From Candidatus Cloacimonadales bacterium (GTDB lineage: Bacteria > Cloacimonadota > Cloacimonadia > Cloacimonadales > JAFGVF01): 64,000 nt of DNA. The position numbers were made by a program, and so were the translations under genes. The notes under the pieces were generated by a model, which was not told the origin of the DNA, did no database searches, and worked only from the letters and a program-made list of their open reading frames with translations. How positions within the stretch are numbered: position 1 is the stretch's first letter; each line of letters starts with the position of its first letter. The stretch is from contig OY759729.1 of NCBI GenBank assembly GCA_963662585.1, positions 2,624,001 to 2,688,000 of the forward strand. The letters run 5' to 3'. This document shows positions 40,866 through 50,881 of this stretch, one piece after another.

Positions 40866-40972
40866 CTGGGAGCACTCACTGGGAATGCCTTCATCTTGCA
40901 GGCATCTTAACTGGGAACGCTTGCATCCTTGCAGGCATCTTAACTGGGAACGCTTGCATCCTTGCAGGCATC
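40866..40972 (+). repeat. Tandem 33-bp REP-like palindromic repeats
   Basis: Unit ctgggaacgcttgcatccttgcaggcatcttaa at 40911, identical but 3'-shortened copy at 40944, degenerate at 40879, truncated at 40866. Confidence 0.88.
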
Positions 40973-40990
40973 ATTTAAATAATAACATAG

Positions 40991-41012
40991 AGCCTCGCTT
41001 ATGCGGGGCTTT
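40991..41012. terminator. Terminator hairpin between convergent genes
   Basis: agcctcgc-ttat-gcggggct followed by tt. Confidence 0.65.
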
Positions 41013-41044
41013 CTTACTATCTGCTTCAAACATATCCAATATCT

Positions 41045-43042
41045 TTATACCATCTCCAATTCTATAATCCTATCTCTTAAACCTGCAGCTTTCTCAAAAT
41101 CTAATTCTGAAGCTGCTTGTTTCATCTCTTTTTTCAAGAGATTAATAATTTTCTCTTTACTATCTAAATCTAAGTACTCTAAGAAATCTTCTTTACTTGG
41201 TTTTCCCTTTTTCTTTCCTTTTGAACTATAGCCTGCATAACCTTCAGCTACTGATGTAGATTCCATAATCTCATCAATACTCTTATAGATAGTAGTTGGG
41301 GTGATATTATTCTCTTTATTATATTTTAATTGTTTTTCTCTTCTTCTATTAGTTTCATCTACAGTACTTTTAATAGCAGCAGTAATGTTATCAGCATAAA
41401 AAATAACCTTGCCATCGACATTACGAGCAGCTCTACCTGAGGTCTGAATCAAGGCTCTAGCAGATCGTAAGAATCCAACCTTGTCAGCATCCAAGACAGC
41501 AACTAGGGCAACTTCAGGCATATCTATACCCTCTCTTAAGAGATTAACTCCTACTAAGACATCTATCTCGCCAAGTCTTAATTTTCTTATAACCTTTGTT
41601 CTTTCAATAGAATCAAGACTGCTATGCAAATAGTCTGATTTTATCCCGGCATTCTTTAGATATGTTGATAAATCCTCAGTCATTTTCTTGGTAAGAGTGG
41701 TTACCAAAACTCTTTGTTTTTTCTTGGAGTGAATTCTTATTTCATTTAATAAATCATCAACTTGAGTTCCTACTGGTCTTATTGTGATATAAGGATCAAC
41801 TAATCCTGTTGGTCTAATAACTTGTTCTACAACCTCTCCGTAAGTTTTATCTAATTCATAATCGGCGGGAGTAGCTGACATGAAGATAACATTCTTATGA
41901 TGCTTTTCAAACTCTTCAAATTTAAGTGGGCGATTATCATAAGCCGAAGGTAATCTAAAACCATATTCTACTAAATTCTTTTTACGAGAGAAATCACCTG
42001 CGTACATGGCTCTAGTTTGAGGAATAGTAACATGTGATTCATCAATAACTAAAAGATAATCATTGGGGAAATAATCTAACAAGCAGAAAGGAGGTTGACC
42101 AGGTTTAGCCCCTGTCATGTGTCGGGAATAGTTCTCTATGCCAGAACAGTGACCAAGCTCCTGTATCATCTCTAAATCAAACTCTGTCCTCTGCCTAATT
42201 CTCTGAGCTTCAACGAATCTCTCATTCTTTAAGAAAAAGTCATGTTGTACTTCTAACTCCTCTCTGATCGAAACCATTGCCTTCTTCAACCTCTCTTCAG
42301 ACATCACAAAGTGATTAGCAGGATAGATTGCATAAGAGTCGTGAGAAGAAATTATCTTATTATCTATAGGGTTCAATTTCTTTATGGAAGTTATTTCATC
42401 ACCGAAGAATTCCACTCGAACACATGTATCTAAATAAGCAGGAAAGACATCAACAGTATCTCCTTTAACTCGGAAATTACCTCGCTGGAAAGCAATATCA
42501 TTGCGTCCATAATGAGCATTAACCAACTTTGTTAAGAATTCATCACGAGGTATTTCATCGCCTACATCAACTCTAACTAAGGCTTTTTTGTAGTCTTCAG
42601 GAACTCCTAAACCATAAATGCAAGAGACACTTGCAACAACAATAGTATCTTTCCTCTCCATTAAAGACATAGTAGCTTTTAACCTAAGCTTCTCAATCTG
42701 GTCATTAATACTTGAATCTTTCTCTATAAATATATCTCTTCCTGGGATATAAGCTTCTGGTTGATAGTAGTCATAATAAGAAATGAAATACTCAACTGCA
42801 TTATTAGGGAAGAATTGCTTTAACTCACCATAAAGCTGAGCCGCTAGGGTTTTATTGTGGGATAAGACAAGAGTAGGCTTACCTAATCTTGCTATAGCAT
42901 TAGCTATAGTAAAAGTTTTTCCTGAACCTGTTACGCCCAACAAAACTTGATGCTGTTTACCTGATTCTACACCTGCAACTAACTGATCTATCGCTTGAGG
43001 CTGATCACCCTGAGGTTTATATTTAGAGACTAATTCAAACAT
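41045..43042 (-). CDS. uvrB: Excinuclease ABC subunit B
   Basis: GDQPQAI, GVTGSGKT, YYDYYQPEAY, DESH, C-terminal UVR domain. Confidence 0.98.
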   Translation of the reverse strand: MFELVSKYKPQGDQPQAIDQLVAGVESGKQHQVLLGVTGSGKTFTIANAIARLGKPTLVLSHNKTLAAQLYGELKQFFPNNAVEYFISYYDYYQPEAYIPGRDIFIEKDSSINDQIEKLRLKATMSLMERKDTIVVASVSCIYGLGVPEDYKKALVRVDVGDEIPRDEFLTKLVNAHYGRNDIAFQRGNFRVKGDTVDVFPAYLDTCVRVEFFGDEITSIKKLNPIDNKIISSHDSYAIYPANHFVMSEERLKKAMVSIREELEVQHDFFLKNERFVEAQRIRQRTEFDLEMIQELGHCSGIENYSRHMTGAKPGQPPFCLLDYFPNDYLLVIDESHVTIPQTRAMYAGDFSRKKNLVEYGFRLPSAYDNRPLKFEEFEKHHKNVIFMSATPADYELDKTYGEVVEQVIRPTGLVDPYITIRPVGTQVDDLLNEIRIHSKKKQRVLVTTLTKKMTEDLSTYLKNAGIKSDYLHSSLDSIERTKVIRKLRLGEIDVLVGVNLLREGIDMPEVALVAVLDADKVGFLRSARALIQTSGRAARNVDGKVIFYADNITAAIKSTVDETNRRREKQLKYNKENNITPTTIYKSIDEIMESTSVAEGYAGYSSKGKKKGKPSKEDFLEYLDLDSKEKIINLLKKEMKQAASELDFEKAAGLRDRIIELEMV

Positions 43043-43159
43043 TGCTTCCTCTATTATTTAATTTATTACTATAATATTAAGTTTTACTTAATTGGCAAGG
43101 AATATTTCTCTAAGAGGGACGAAAATACATCACCCCTGAGACGCAGACAAGAAAAGATT

Positions 43160-43462
43160 TTTCACCACTAAGACACAAAGTCACAAAGTCACAAAGAAGA
43201 AAATACTTAATTCTTAAATCCCTTCTTCATTGATTGAAGCAATGTTTCTCTTCAATTCCCCTCCTCGGAGGGGTGACAGTGTATTTTACTGACGGGGTGG
43301 TTTCTTCAAGAAGGTGAAAGATGTTTCGCCCTTACTGAGAAACTTCTCTTATCCTCTGCTTAACTTGCTAGGTTGGCGTAGTTCCTAACGAAGACCCCTG
43401 TGTTAAGAATCTTTTTTTCTTTTCTTTTTTCTTAGTGAAATTCGTGAAATTAGTGGATAGAT
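43160..43462. repeat. Intergenic cluster of short REP-like repeats
   Basis: cacaaag three times; hairpin cccctcctcggagggg; ttagtgaaattcgtgaaattagtggatag (inverted copy near 46154). Confidence 0.55.
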
Positions 43463-43488
43463 TCTTCTAATTTTAATCTATACACTCA

Positions 43489-45441
43489 TTACCAAATATC
43501 TGACATTGCCTTAACTCTAAAGAATTTAAATCTTTCTTCACCAGTATAGACATATCCTTGGTATGGACTTGTAGCAAGAGGTATCCAAATGCCTGATGAA
43601 AGGTCATCACTAGCTTCTATTAAGTAGCTATCTGCATAATTTACATGCTCCCAATGTAAAACTGGATAACCACTTTGTTGCCTTACTTCAACTTCGGGTT
43701 CTTCTAATACTTGTGGTAATGATAAGTCTCCGGAAAAAACTTTAAAATCATCGATTAGAATAGAATCATTAACATAGTTATCTATGGTAAAAGAGAATTT
43801 TACTCTGTGATTAGCATAGCTTTGAGGTATTATAATTGAAACCCTATTTTCTGAATTAATTAGAATATTGTTGTCATAATGTATGATCGGATTGTCTAAG
43901 TCTGAACTATAAATAAACTCAGCTGTGATTGTATCAGTATTTATAATCCTGAAATCAAGTATTACCGGTTCATCAATTACCACTGTGTCTAGTTTTCTAA
44001 GAGTAAATTGCACAATAGTTTCTTCATTTAAATCAAAAAAAGGTGTAGATACTGATCCAATAATACAATCTTCATCTGAAGATGAATAACACCATGAGTA
44101 ATTATCATTAGAATCTAAATGTCTTGAAAGAATTGATGGTTGCCAATTCACAAAAGGAAATTCTTCAAAATCTTGAATATATGGGTATTGCGAAATTATC
44201 GGGTTTGTACATGAACCCGTAAGTGTCATTAGGTCAATGGTTGGCTCTGCTGCTGAGCTACCTTCCAATGCAACTTCATAAGTGATATTAGTACTATGAT
44301 TGCCATAATCAAGAGGGGTATAGTTGACTGTGAATGTTTGCCGATATCCCTCAGGTAAGATGAATGAAGACTGATAATCTGTCATTGCAAAATAATGTAG
44401 AGTAAAGATACTGTTAAAAATTCCTAAATTCTCAATAGATATTTGATAAGTACTTAGATTAGTTATTGTTACTTCTTGAGAGCTTGTGTTGTTTTTTGCT
44501 GTTTCACCTGCATCCCAGGAGGGAGGTGAAACATCTAACTCTCGAGCTAGAGTATTTTCACGGACAAAGAAATTATCTATAAAAATCTCAGGGCTTATAC
44601 CAAAAAATTGATCATAATAAAATTGATATAGGTTATATTGAAATTTGATGTAGTATGCTCCTGGATAATCATCAAGATCAATGGTAATTTTATTATATTG
44701 ATTATTAAGAGGGTCATATTTTGAGAGATAATCAACTGTTTCATAATTAACCTTATCATAGGAGATTAAAATTGTTAAGAATGAATCGTCTGGTGTTAAG
44801 TCTTGAGATAGTTGGTAAATTGGTAATCTATAATAAAAAACTAATTGACTCTCATCCGTTATAGGACCAACTGAATTTGTGCTAACAATGTTACCGCTCC
44901 GAGCTGATGACACTATCGCTCCAGTAGATTGTGTGCCTCCATTAGAAGTTGTTGTAAGATTTCCTGTAAAGTTGTTACTGTTTTCAAAGAATTGCCTGTA
45001 GGGCACAGAATCAGATGCTTGGGTTTTAGTTTTAAAGCTCCAAATCGGACAATCTATCGCATCGCCATTTTCACTATGGCTAGGAACTACTTGCCAGTAA
45101 TAAGTTTGGTCTAAAGATAATTCGAGATTGGGATAATAACTTAAAGCAAGTCCGACATCAAGTCCATTGACTAAGTTTGTTGGGCCGATTTCTCCTTGGC
45201 CATCTGTTCCCAGATAAAATTTATAACTAGTAAGTTCACCTGTTGCTTGATTCCAACTAAACATAGGATATTCAGTTACCTCTTGAGCTGCTAAAGCTGG
45301 AATTTGGGGTGAAGTTGGTAAAGGAGGGGGAGAATCGCGAAAATCTGTTCTTTGTGAATTATCTATAACATCGTAAAGTTGCACACTAAAAATATTCATT
45401 ACAAATAAAATAAACCCAAGAATTATTAAGAATCTTTTCAT
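43489..45441 (-). CDS. Secreted multidomain protein (Fn3-like, Ig/ASH-like, jelly-roll domains)
   Basis: Signal peptide; QTYYWQVVP..PIWSF; QTFTVNYTP; C-terminal LHW..V..A.SY.I.AS...FFRVKA. Confidence 0.78.
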   Translation of the reverse strand: MKRFLIILGFILFVMNIFSVQLYDVIDNSQRTDFRDSPPPLPTSPQIPALAAQEVTEYPMFSWNQATGELTSYKFYLGTDGQGEIGPTNLVNGLDVGLALSYYPNLELSLDQTYYWQVVPSHSENGDAIDCPIWSFKTKTQASDSVPYRQFFENSNNFTGNLTTTSNGGTQSTGAIVSSARSGNIVSTNSVGPITDESQLVFYYRLPIYQLSQDLTPDDSFLTILISYDKVNYETVDYLSKYDPLNNQYNKITIDLDDYPGAYYIKFQYNLYQFYYDQFFGISPEIFIDNFFVRENTLARELDVSPPSWDAGETAKNNTSSQEVTITNLSTYQISIENLGIFNSIFTLHYFAMTDYQSSFILPEGYRQTFTVNYTPLDYGNHSTNITYEVALEGSSAAEPTIDLMTLTGSCTNPIISQYPYIQDFEEFPFVNWQPSILSRHLDSNDNYSWCYSSSDEDCIIGSVSTPFFDLNEETIVQFTLRKLDTVVIDEPVILDFRIINTDTITAEFIYSSDLDNPIIHYDNNILINSENRVSIIIPQSYANHRVKFSFTIDNYVNDSILIDDFKVFSGDLSLPQVLEEPEVEVRQQSGYPVLHWEHVNYADSYLIEASDDLSSGIWIPLATSPYQGYVYTGEERFKFFRVKAMSDIW

Positions 45442-45694
45442 ACTACCTTCTTTCTCTAATCATTGTTAGTAAATACTGTATGGGGTCATGTATAATTAAT
45501 AAAATAATTAGAATAATTAATTAGTCAAGAGAAAAATATGTGACTATGTTTCTATATAAAAAATATTACATTGAGCACATATAAATGTCTTAATAGAACC
45601 GATGATATGCTAATAAGTGGGGGTTATTTAGAGACAAATAATAAGGTCTAATCTAATAAATATAGAGAGACAAAGAGAAGTGCCAAAACCCTTA

Positions 45695-46253
45695 ACACGA
45701 ATTAACACTAATTAAAAGGAATTTTCACCAATGTAGGAGTATTTCCATACGCCTTCTTGAAAGTCCCTTACACTAGTGTCTAATGTGGAAGCAGAGACGC
45801 TTCCACTCCATAGAAGAAAACACCGTCTGCTGCTCAGCCACCCATGGTTGGATGTTCGCACCTACGGAGCGATTCTTTTATTTGGGTGTGGCCTTTTTGC
45901 TACCAAGAAATAGCTCCTCTGGAGCTAGAAATTGCTACTCCAGCCTTCAGATTAAAAGGGGAATTTAAGAGTGTGATAATCCCTCTTCTGCCGGACGGTG
46001 GACAGCTTGTCCGCCTCTTCGCCTCTTTGCAAAACAATGATAATCCCAGCGGGATGCCACATAATAGGGAGTGTTCGCAAGACACTCCTAAAGTCACTGC
46101 AAAAATATAGCCCTGCAGGGGCGATATACACTAAAAAAGTTAAAAGAAAAGAAGCTATCCACAAATTTCACCAATTACACGAAGAAGATAGAAAAGACGG
46201 ATAGAAATGCAAATAGCTTTCACACGATTTAACACTAATTAAAAGGGATTTTC
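45695..46253. repeat. GC-richer mosaic of REP-like palindromes bounded by 32-bp direct repeats
   Basis: Direct repeats at 45695-45726 and 46222-46253 (30/32 identical); hairpins gtggaagc..gcttccac, tcgcacctacggagcga, tagctcctctggagcta, gccctgcaggggc. Confidence 0.7.
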
Positions 46254-46259
46254 GCGAAT

Positions 46260-46799
46260 TTACCTAACCTCTCCCATCAGCATCTCTAAATTATCAATAA
46301 GGTATTTCTGTCCTTTGCGATTAGCCATAACTTGATCATACTCTCTTCCCTCAAAGCTTTTATGAACTGTTATGAAACCATAATCTGCTGAGTTAGGCAA
46401 AGTAATGGTCATTTTTTTATTGTTTTCATTGATGATTTCTCCCAGTATTCCTAAATTTTTCAAGCTGAGAATAATCTTGTGAGCTGAAGCTTTCTTGCTT
46501 ATAAACTGGTCTATATTCTCATTAACTATTTTGGCAAAGTTGCTAAAACCGATTGTATCGTAAGGAATATTAATATTCTCTTTTTGTTTTGCTGTAATTA
46601 TGAATTGGGTGTTAGTATTTTTAACAGGTCTTTTAGCTCTTTCTAACATTTCAGCGCAAAACATAAAGCATCTAATCATTTTGGGGTTATTAACGAAGTT
46701 TGATTCTTCAATTTGTTCTTTTGTGAAAGGATTTATACCTCTAGCTATTTCTTTCAAAATTTCTTGAGCTCTGGTAATGAGTTCTACTTCTGAGTTCAT
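46260..46799 (-). CDS. Hypothetical protein
   Basis: 179-aa ORF with aaggag RBS; IARGINPFT motif. Confidence 0.78.
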   Translation of the reverse strand: MNSEVELITRAQEILKEIARGINPFTKEQIEESNFVNNPKMIRCFMFCAEMLERAKRPVKNTNTQFIITAKQKENINIPYDTIGFSNFAKIVNENIDQFISKKASAHKIILSLKNLGILGEIINENNKKMTITLPNSADYGFITVHKSFEGREYDQVMANRKGQKYLIDNLEMLMGEVR

Positions 46800-46914
46800 G
46801 ATTCAATATCTCCTTTTGCTTGATTCATTATTATGTCAATAATTGTAATTAAATATTATTCGTCAAGTATATTTTAAAAAGAATAACAAATATATCATTT
46901 TTAAGTCTTTTTTT

Positions 46915-47042
46915 CTTGTCTCTTTACCAGTATTCTTTTGTCTCTTAATAGTTCTTCTCACTCATCTCAAGCAAAAACAAAATAGTCCATGAGATGACTG
47001 AGAATGAGCATGGGAAGAGCAGATAAAAAGAAGGGATTGAGA
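46915..47042. repeat. Pyrimidine-arm/purine-arm palindrome (copy 2)
   Basis: ttctcactcatctca (46955-46969) pairs with tgagatgactgagaa (46990-47004), 14/15. Confidence 0.55.
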
Positions 47043-47153
47043 AAAGATTATTGACTTTTTTTTAACTTAAATATAATATGTACTGAAATACTTAAAGTGA
47101 CATAATTGAGTGTAAAATTATAGATTTAGTTACTTTAAGAAAAAGGAGATCCA

Positions 47154-48458
47154 ATGAATCCTGTAGAATTAATTATAAAAAAGAGAGATGGGGTAGAGCT
47201 GACTAAAGAAGAGATGAGTTTCTTCGTAAAAGCTTATATAGATGAGAAAATTCCTGATTATCAGATGTCTGCTTTACTAATGGCAATTTTCTTTAAAGGC
47301 ATGGAAACCGATGAAATTGTTAGTTTAACTGATGTCTATATTAATAGTGGTGTCAGAGTAAATTTTGCTTCAGATTTAAACACAGTTGATAAGCACTCAA
47401 CTGGAGGAGTTGGAGATAAAATTACTCTAATGCTTGCTCCCTTAGTTGCTTCCCTAGGAGTAAAAATTCCTATGATTTCAGGTCGAGGTTTAGGACATAC
47501 TGGCGGGACTTTAGATAAACTTGAGGCAATTCCTAATTTCAGAACAGACTTTAATAGTAATGAATTTAAAAAAATGGTTATGGAAAGCAATCTCTCTATA
47601 ATTCAACAGAGTAAAGAGTTGGTTCCTGCAGATAAAATTATTTATGCTATGAGGGATGTAAGTGGAACAGTAGAAAGTTATCCTCTTATTACAGCTAGTA
47701 TTATGAGTAAGAAAATTGCTGAAGGTGCTCAGAACTTAGCAGTTGATCTTAAGGTGGGAAGTGGTGCTTTCATGAAGAATCTAGAGCAAGCTCATGCTTT
47801 AGCTAAATATCTAAAACTCACTGGTGAGGCTTTTGGACAGAAGGTTGCCATCACATTTACCAATATGAATAGTCCTTTAGGAATAGCCATCGGTAATGCT
47901 ATTGAAATAAAAGAGACTATTGAATATTTAAAGGGTGCTGATTTACCAGATATTGATGCTATTACTAAAGCCTTGGCCATTAATATGGTGCTTATGAGTA
48001 AAATTGCCTCTACTAAAGAAGAAGCTTTAGCTATGATAGAAGATTCTCTTAAGAGCGGAAAAGCTCTGGAATATTTCAGAAAATTCATAGAAATGCAAGG
48101 TGGCGATAGTAGAATTATTGATGATTACAATTTACTTCCTCATACTGAAAGAATAACTGAAATAAAAAGTGATAAAGCAGGTTTCGTAAAATCTATCGAC
48201 AGTAAAAGTATTGGTTATGCTTTAGTAGGAATTGGAGCTGGTAGAAAGAAATTAGAAGATGAATTAAATTACGCAACAGGTGCTGAACTCTTTAAGAAAA
48301 TCGGTGACCAGATAGATAAAGGAGAAGTCATTGGTTTTCTCCATTGCGATGATATTTCAATGATTGACTCTACTATTAAAAGAATAAAAGATTCTTATAT
48401 AATAACTGAAGAAATCATTCCTAAAGAAAAGATAATTTTAGATGAGTGGGAGATATAA
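47154..48458 (+). CDS. pdp: Pyrimidine-nucleoside (thymidine) phosphorylase
   Basis: DKHSTGGVGDK, SGRGLGHTGGTLDKLE, SIMSKK motifs. Confidence 0.95.
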   Translation: MNPVELIIKKRDGVELTKEEMSFFVKAYIDEKIPDYQMSALLMAIFFKGMETDEIVSLTDVYINSGVRVNFASDLNTVDKHSTGGVGDKITLMLAPLVASLGVKIPMISGRGLGHTGGTLDKLEAIPNFRTDFNSNEFKKMVMESNLSIIQQSKELVPADKIIYAMRDVSGTVESYPLITASIMSKKIAEGAQNLAVDLKVGSGAFMKNLEQAHALAKYLKLTGEAFGQKVAITFTNMNSPLGIAIGNAIEIKETIEYLKGADLPDIDAITKALAINMVLMSKIASTKEEALAMIEDSLKSGKALEYFRKFIEMQGGDSRIIDDYNLLPHTERITEIKSDKAGFVKSIDSKSIGYALVGIGAGRKKLEDELNYATGAELFKKIGDQIDKGEVIGFLHCDDISMIDSTIKRIKDSYIITEEIIPKEKIILDEWEI

Positions 48459-48643
48459 TTTGACAAATCTTCGGCTTTTCTTTCTATGACTATAAATAAC
48501 ACTTATTTTATGTTGTTAGTATAATTAAACATTATAGAGTCTTTAAGAATATGCTTGACACGATGATAATTGAAAATAATTTGTCATTTCGTATAGAAAA
48601 ATAAATATTAAAAAAATAAAATTAAATAGATAAGGAGCTGAAA

Positions 48644-48820
48644 ATGCCGGTACCTAAACGAAAAACTTCAAAGTGTAATAGAGATAAAAGAAGAACTCAT
48701 TACAAAGCTGTAATGCCAACTTGGACTACATGTTCAAGCTGTGGCGAACCTACTAGACCACATCATATTTGTCAAAAGTGTGGAAATTATGATAAAAGAG
48801 AAGTTATAGAAGTTAAATAA
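48644..48820 (+). CDS. rpmF: 50S ribosomal protein L32 (zinc-ribbon type); absent from the ORF track
   Basis: MPVPKRKTSKCNRDKRRTHY...CSSCGEPTRPHHICQKCGNY; aaggag RBS; directly before plsX. Confidence 0.96.
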   Translation: MPVPKRKTSKCNRDKRRTHYKAVMPTWTTCSSCGEPTRPHHICQKCGNYDKREVIEVK

Positions 48821-49828
48821 ATGCGTATAGCTTTAGATGCTTTTGGTAGTGACAAAGCACCTTCTCCAGAAGTAGAAGGTGCTGTGTTGGCTATCAAAGA
48901 GAATCTTTGTGAAAAGGTTCTCCTTGTTGGCGACGAGAAAATATTAAGTGCAGAATTAGCTAAATACTATTACGATAAAGCAAGAATTGAAATTGTTCAT
49001 TCTTCTGAAGTAATAGAAATGACTGATGTCCCAGCTGAAGCTGCTCGTAAAAAACGAGACTCTTCTATGGTCAAGGCTATTCGTCTTCATAAAGATGGAT
49101 TAGCTGATGGCGTAGTAAGTGCTGGTAATTCCGGAGCTATGATGGCTGCCTCTCTTTTTGTTCTAGGACGCATAAAAGGGGTTTTAAGACCTGCTATTGC
49201 AATAACTTTCCCTACTAAATCAGGTAGCGAAATTATTCTTGATGTCGGTGCAAACGCTGATTGTGATCCAGAACAACTTGTTCAATTTGCTGAATTGGGG
49301 AGCATGTATTCCCAATTCATTAATAAAATTGATGAACCTAGAGTTTCACTGTTAAATATTGGTGAAGAGGATAAAAAAGGGAATGAATTAACTAAAGAAG
49401 TTCATCGCCTTTTAGCCTTAGACCCTAAGCTTAATTTTATCGGAAATATCGAAGGCAAAGATGTCCTCAAAGGTATTACAGATGTTATCGTTTGTGATGG
49501 CTTTACAGGAAATGTTATGCTAAAAACAGTCGAAGGAGCTGCTATAGCTATCTTCGAAATCTTAAAAGAACAATTTGCAAAAGACTGGGTTGCCAAAATA
49601 GGAGCACTTCTTTCACTTCCTGTATTTAATTATCTTAAAAAGAAATTAGACCACACGGAATATGGTGGAGCTCTTCTTATTGGATTAAAAGGTATTCCTA
49701 TTGTATCTCATGGTAGATCTAATAGCAAAGCTATAAAAAATGCTATTAAATTAGCTGCAAAATTAGCTGATACCGATTTCATTAAGCAATCTAGTGATTA
49801 TTTTGAAAGGAAAAAAGATGAAGTATAA
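48821..49828 (+). CDS. plsX: Phosphate acyltransferase
   Basis: IALDAFGSD, SAGNSGA, DVGAN, CDGFTGN, HGRS motifs. Confidence 0.96.
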   Translation: MRIALDAFGSDKAPSPEVEGAVLAIKENLCEKVLLVGDEKILSAELAKYYYDKARIEIVHSSEVIEMTDVPAEAARKKRDSSMVKAIRLHKDGLADGVVSAGNSGAMMAASLFVLGRIKGVLRPAIAITFPTKSGSEIILDVGANADCDPEQLVQFAELGSMYSQFINKIDEPRVSLLNIGEEDKKGNELTKEVHRLLALDPKLNFIGNIEGKDVLKGITDVIVCDGFTGNVMLKTVEGAAIAIFEILKEQFAKDWVAKIGALLSLPVFNYLKKKLDHTEYGGALLIGLKGIPIVSHGRSNSKAIKNAIKLAAKLADTDFIKQSSDYFERKKDEV

Positions 49829-50807
49829 AGCTAAAATAAGTTCTTTTGGACACTATGTTCCTGAGAAGGTTGTAACTAATTTTGATTTAGAAAAAATAGT
49901 TGATACCTCTGATGAATGGATTAGATCAAGAACAGGTATGTCTGAAAGAAGAGTGGCTGCTAAAGGGCAAAATACTAGTGATTTAGCTTACAATGCAGCA
50001 ATTAATGCTATTGAAAAATCTTCTGTTAAATATAAAGATATTGAACTAATCATCGTCGCAACTATTTCTGGTGACCACGCATATCCTTCAACTTCTTGTT
50101 TAGTTCAGAAGAAGTTAGGGCTCAAAGGTATTCCTGCTTTTGATGTCTCTGCTGGATGCACAGGCTTTATCTATGGAATTAACATAGCTAAGCAATTTGT
50201 TGAAAACGGTGTTTATAAACACATCTTAGTGGTCGGAGTTGAACTTCTTTCTAGATTCTTGAATTGGGAAGATAGAAATACCTGTGTTCTCTTTGGGGAT
50301 GGCGCTGGTTCAGCTATTGTCTCCCGCAATGAAAGAGGGGATATCTCTGAATTTATAGACGGAGACCTAGAAGCTGATGGTAGCCAAGATGATATTCTAG
50401 TTCAACCTGCTGGTGGTTCTGCAATGCCGGCTACTGCAGAAACTGTTAAGAACAATCTTCACACTGTCCACATGGACGGTAATAAAGTTTTCAAGCTTGC
50501 TGTAAAATCAATGTACTCATCTTGCGAAACTTTAATCAAAAGAAATAATATTAGAATCCATGATATTGATTGGTTAATCTCTCATCAAGCAAATATGAGA
50601 ATTATTGAATCACTTGGGAAAAAACTTAAGATTGATACCGATCATGTTATCGTTAATATAGAAAGATATGCAAATACTTCAGCTGCGACCATACCTATTG
50701 CTATTTCAGAAGCTATAGAAATGGGTAAAATCAAAAGAGGCGATTTATTGTTGATGGTTTCTTTTGGTGCAGGATTAACTTGGGGTAGTGCTTTAATCAG
50801 ATATTAG
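49818..50807 (+). CDS. fabH: 3-oxoacyl-ACP synthase III
   Basis: AGCTGF, LFGDGAG, HQAN, NTSAA motifs; likely ATG at 49818. Confidence 0.96.
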   Translation: MKYKAKISSFGHYVPEKVVTNFDLEKIVDTSDEWIRSRTGMSERRVAAKGQNTSDLAYNAAINAIEKSSVKYKDIELIIVATISGDHAYPSTSCLVQKKLGLKGIPAFDVSAGCTGFIYGINIAKQFVENGVYKHILVVGVELLSRFLNWEDRNTCVLFGDGAGSAIVSRNERGDISEFIDGDLEADGSQDDILVQPAGGSAMPATAETVKNNLHTVHMDGNKVFKLAVKSMYSSCETLIKRNNIRIHDIDWLISHQANMRIIESLGKKLKIDTDHVIVNIERYANTSAATIPIAISEAIEMGKIKRGDLLLMVSFGAGLTWGSALIRY

Positions 50808-50881
50808 GATTATTTTTTTTAGTAGAAAATGAATTTAATTCATTTATCTATAAATCTTAATTTTGAATAAGGAGAAAAATT

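Noticed and set aside
40866..40972. CRISPR array
   Set aside because: Units are head-to-tail with no unique spacers, and no cas genes are present.
45783..46204. Five overlapping short ORFs
   Set aside because: They overlap in several frames across palindromic repeats, with no RBS or protein-like features.
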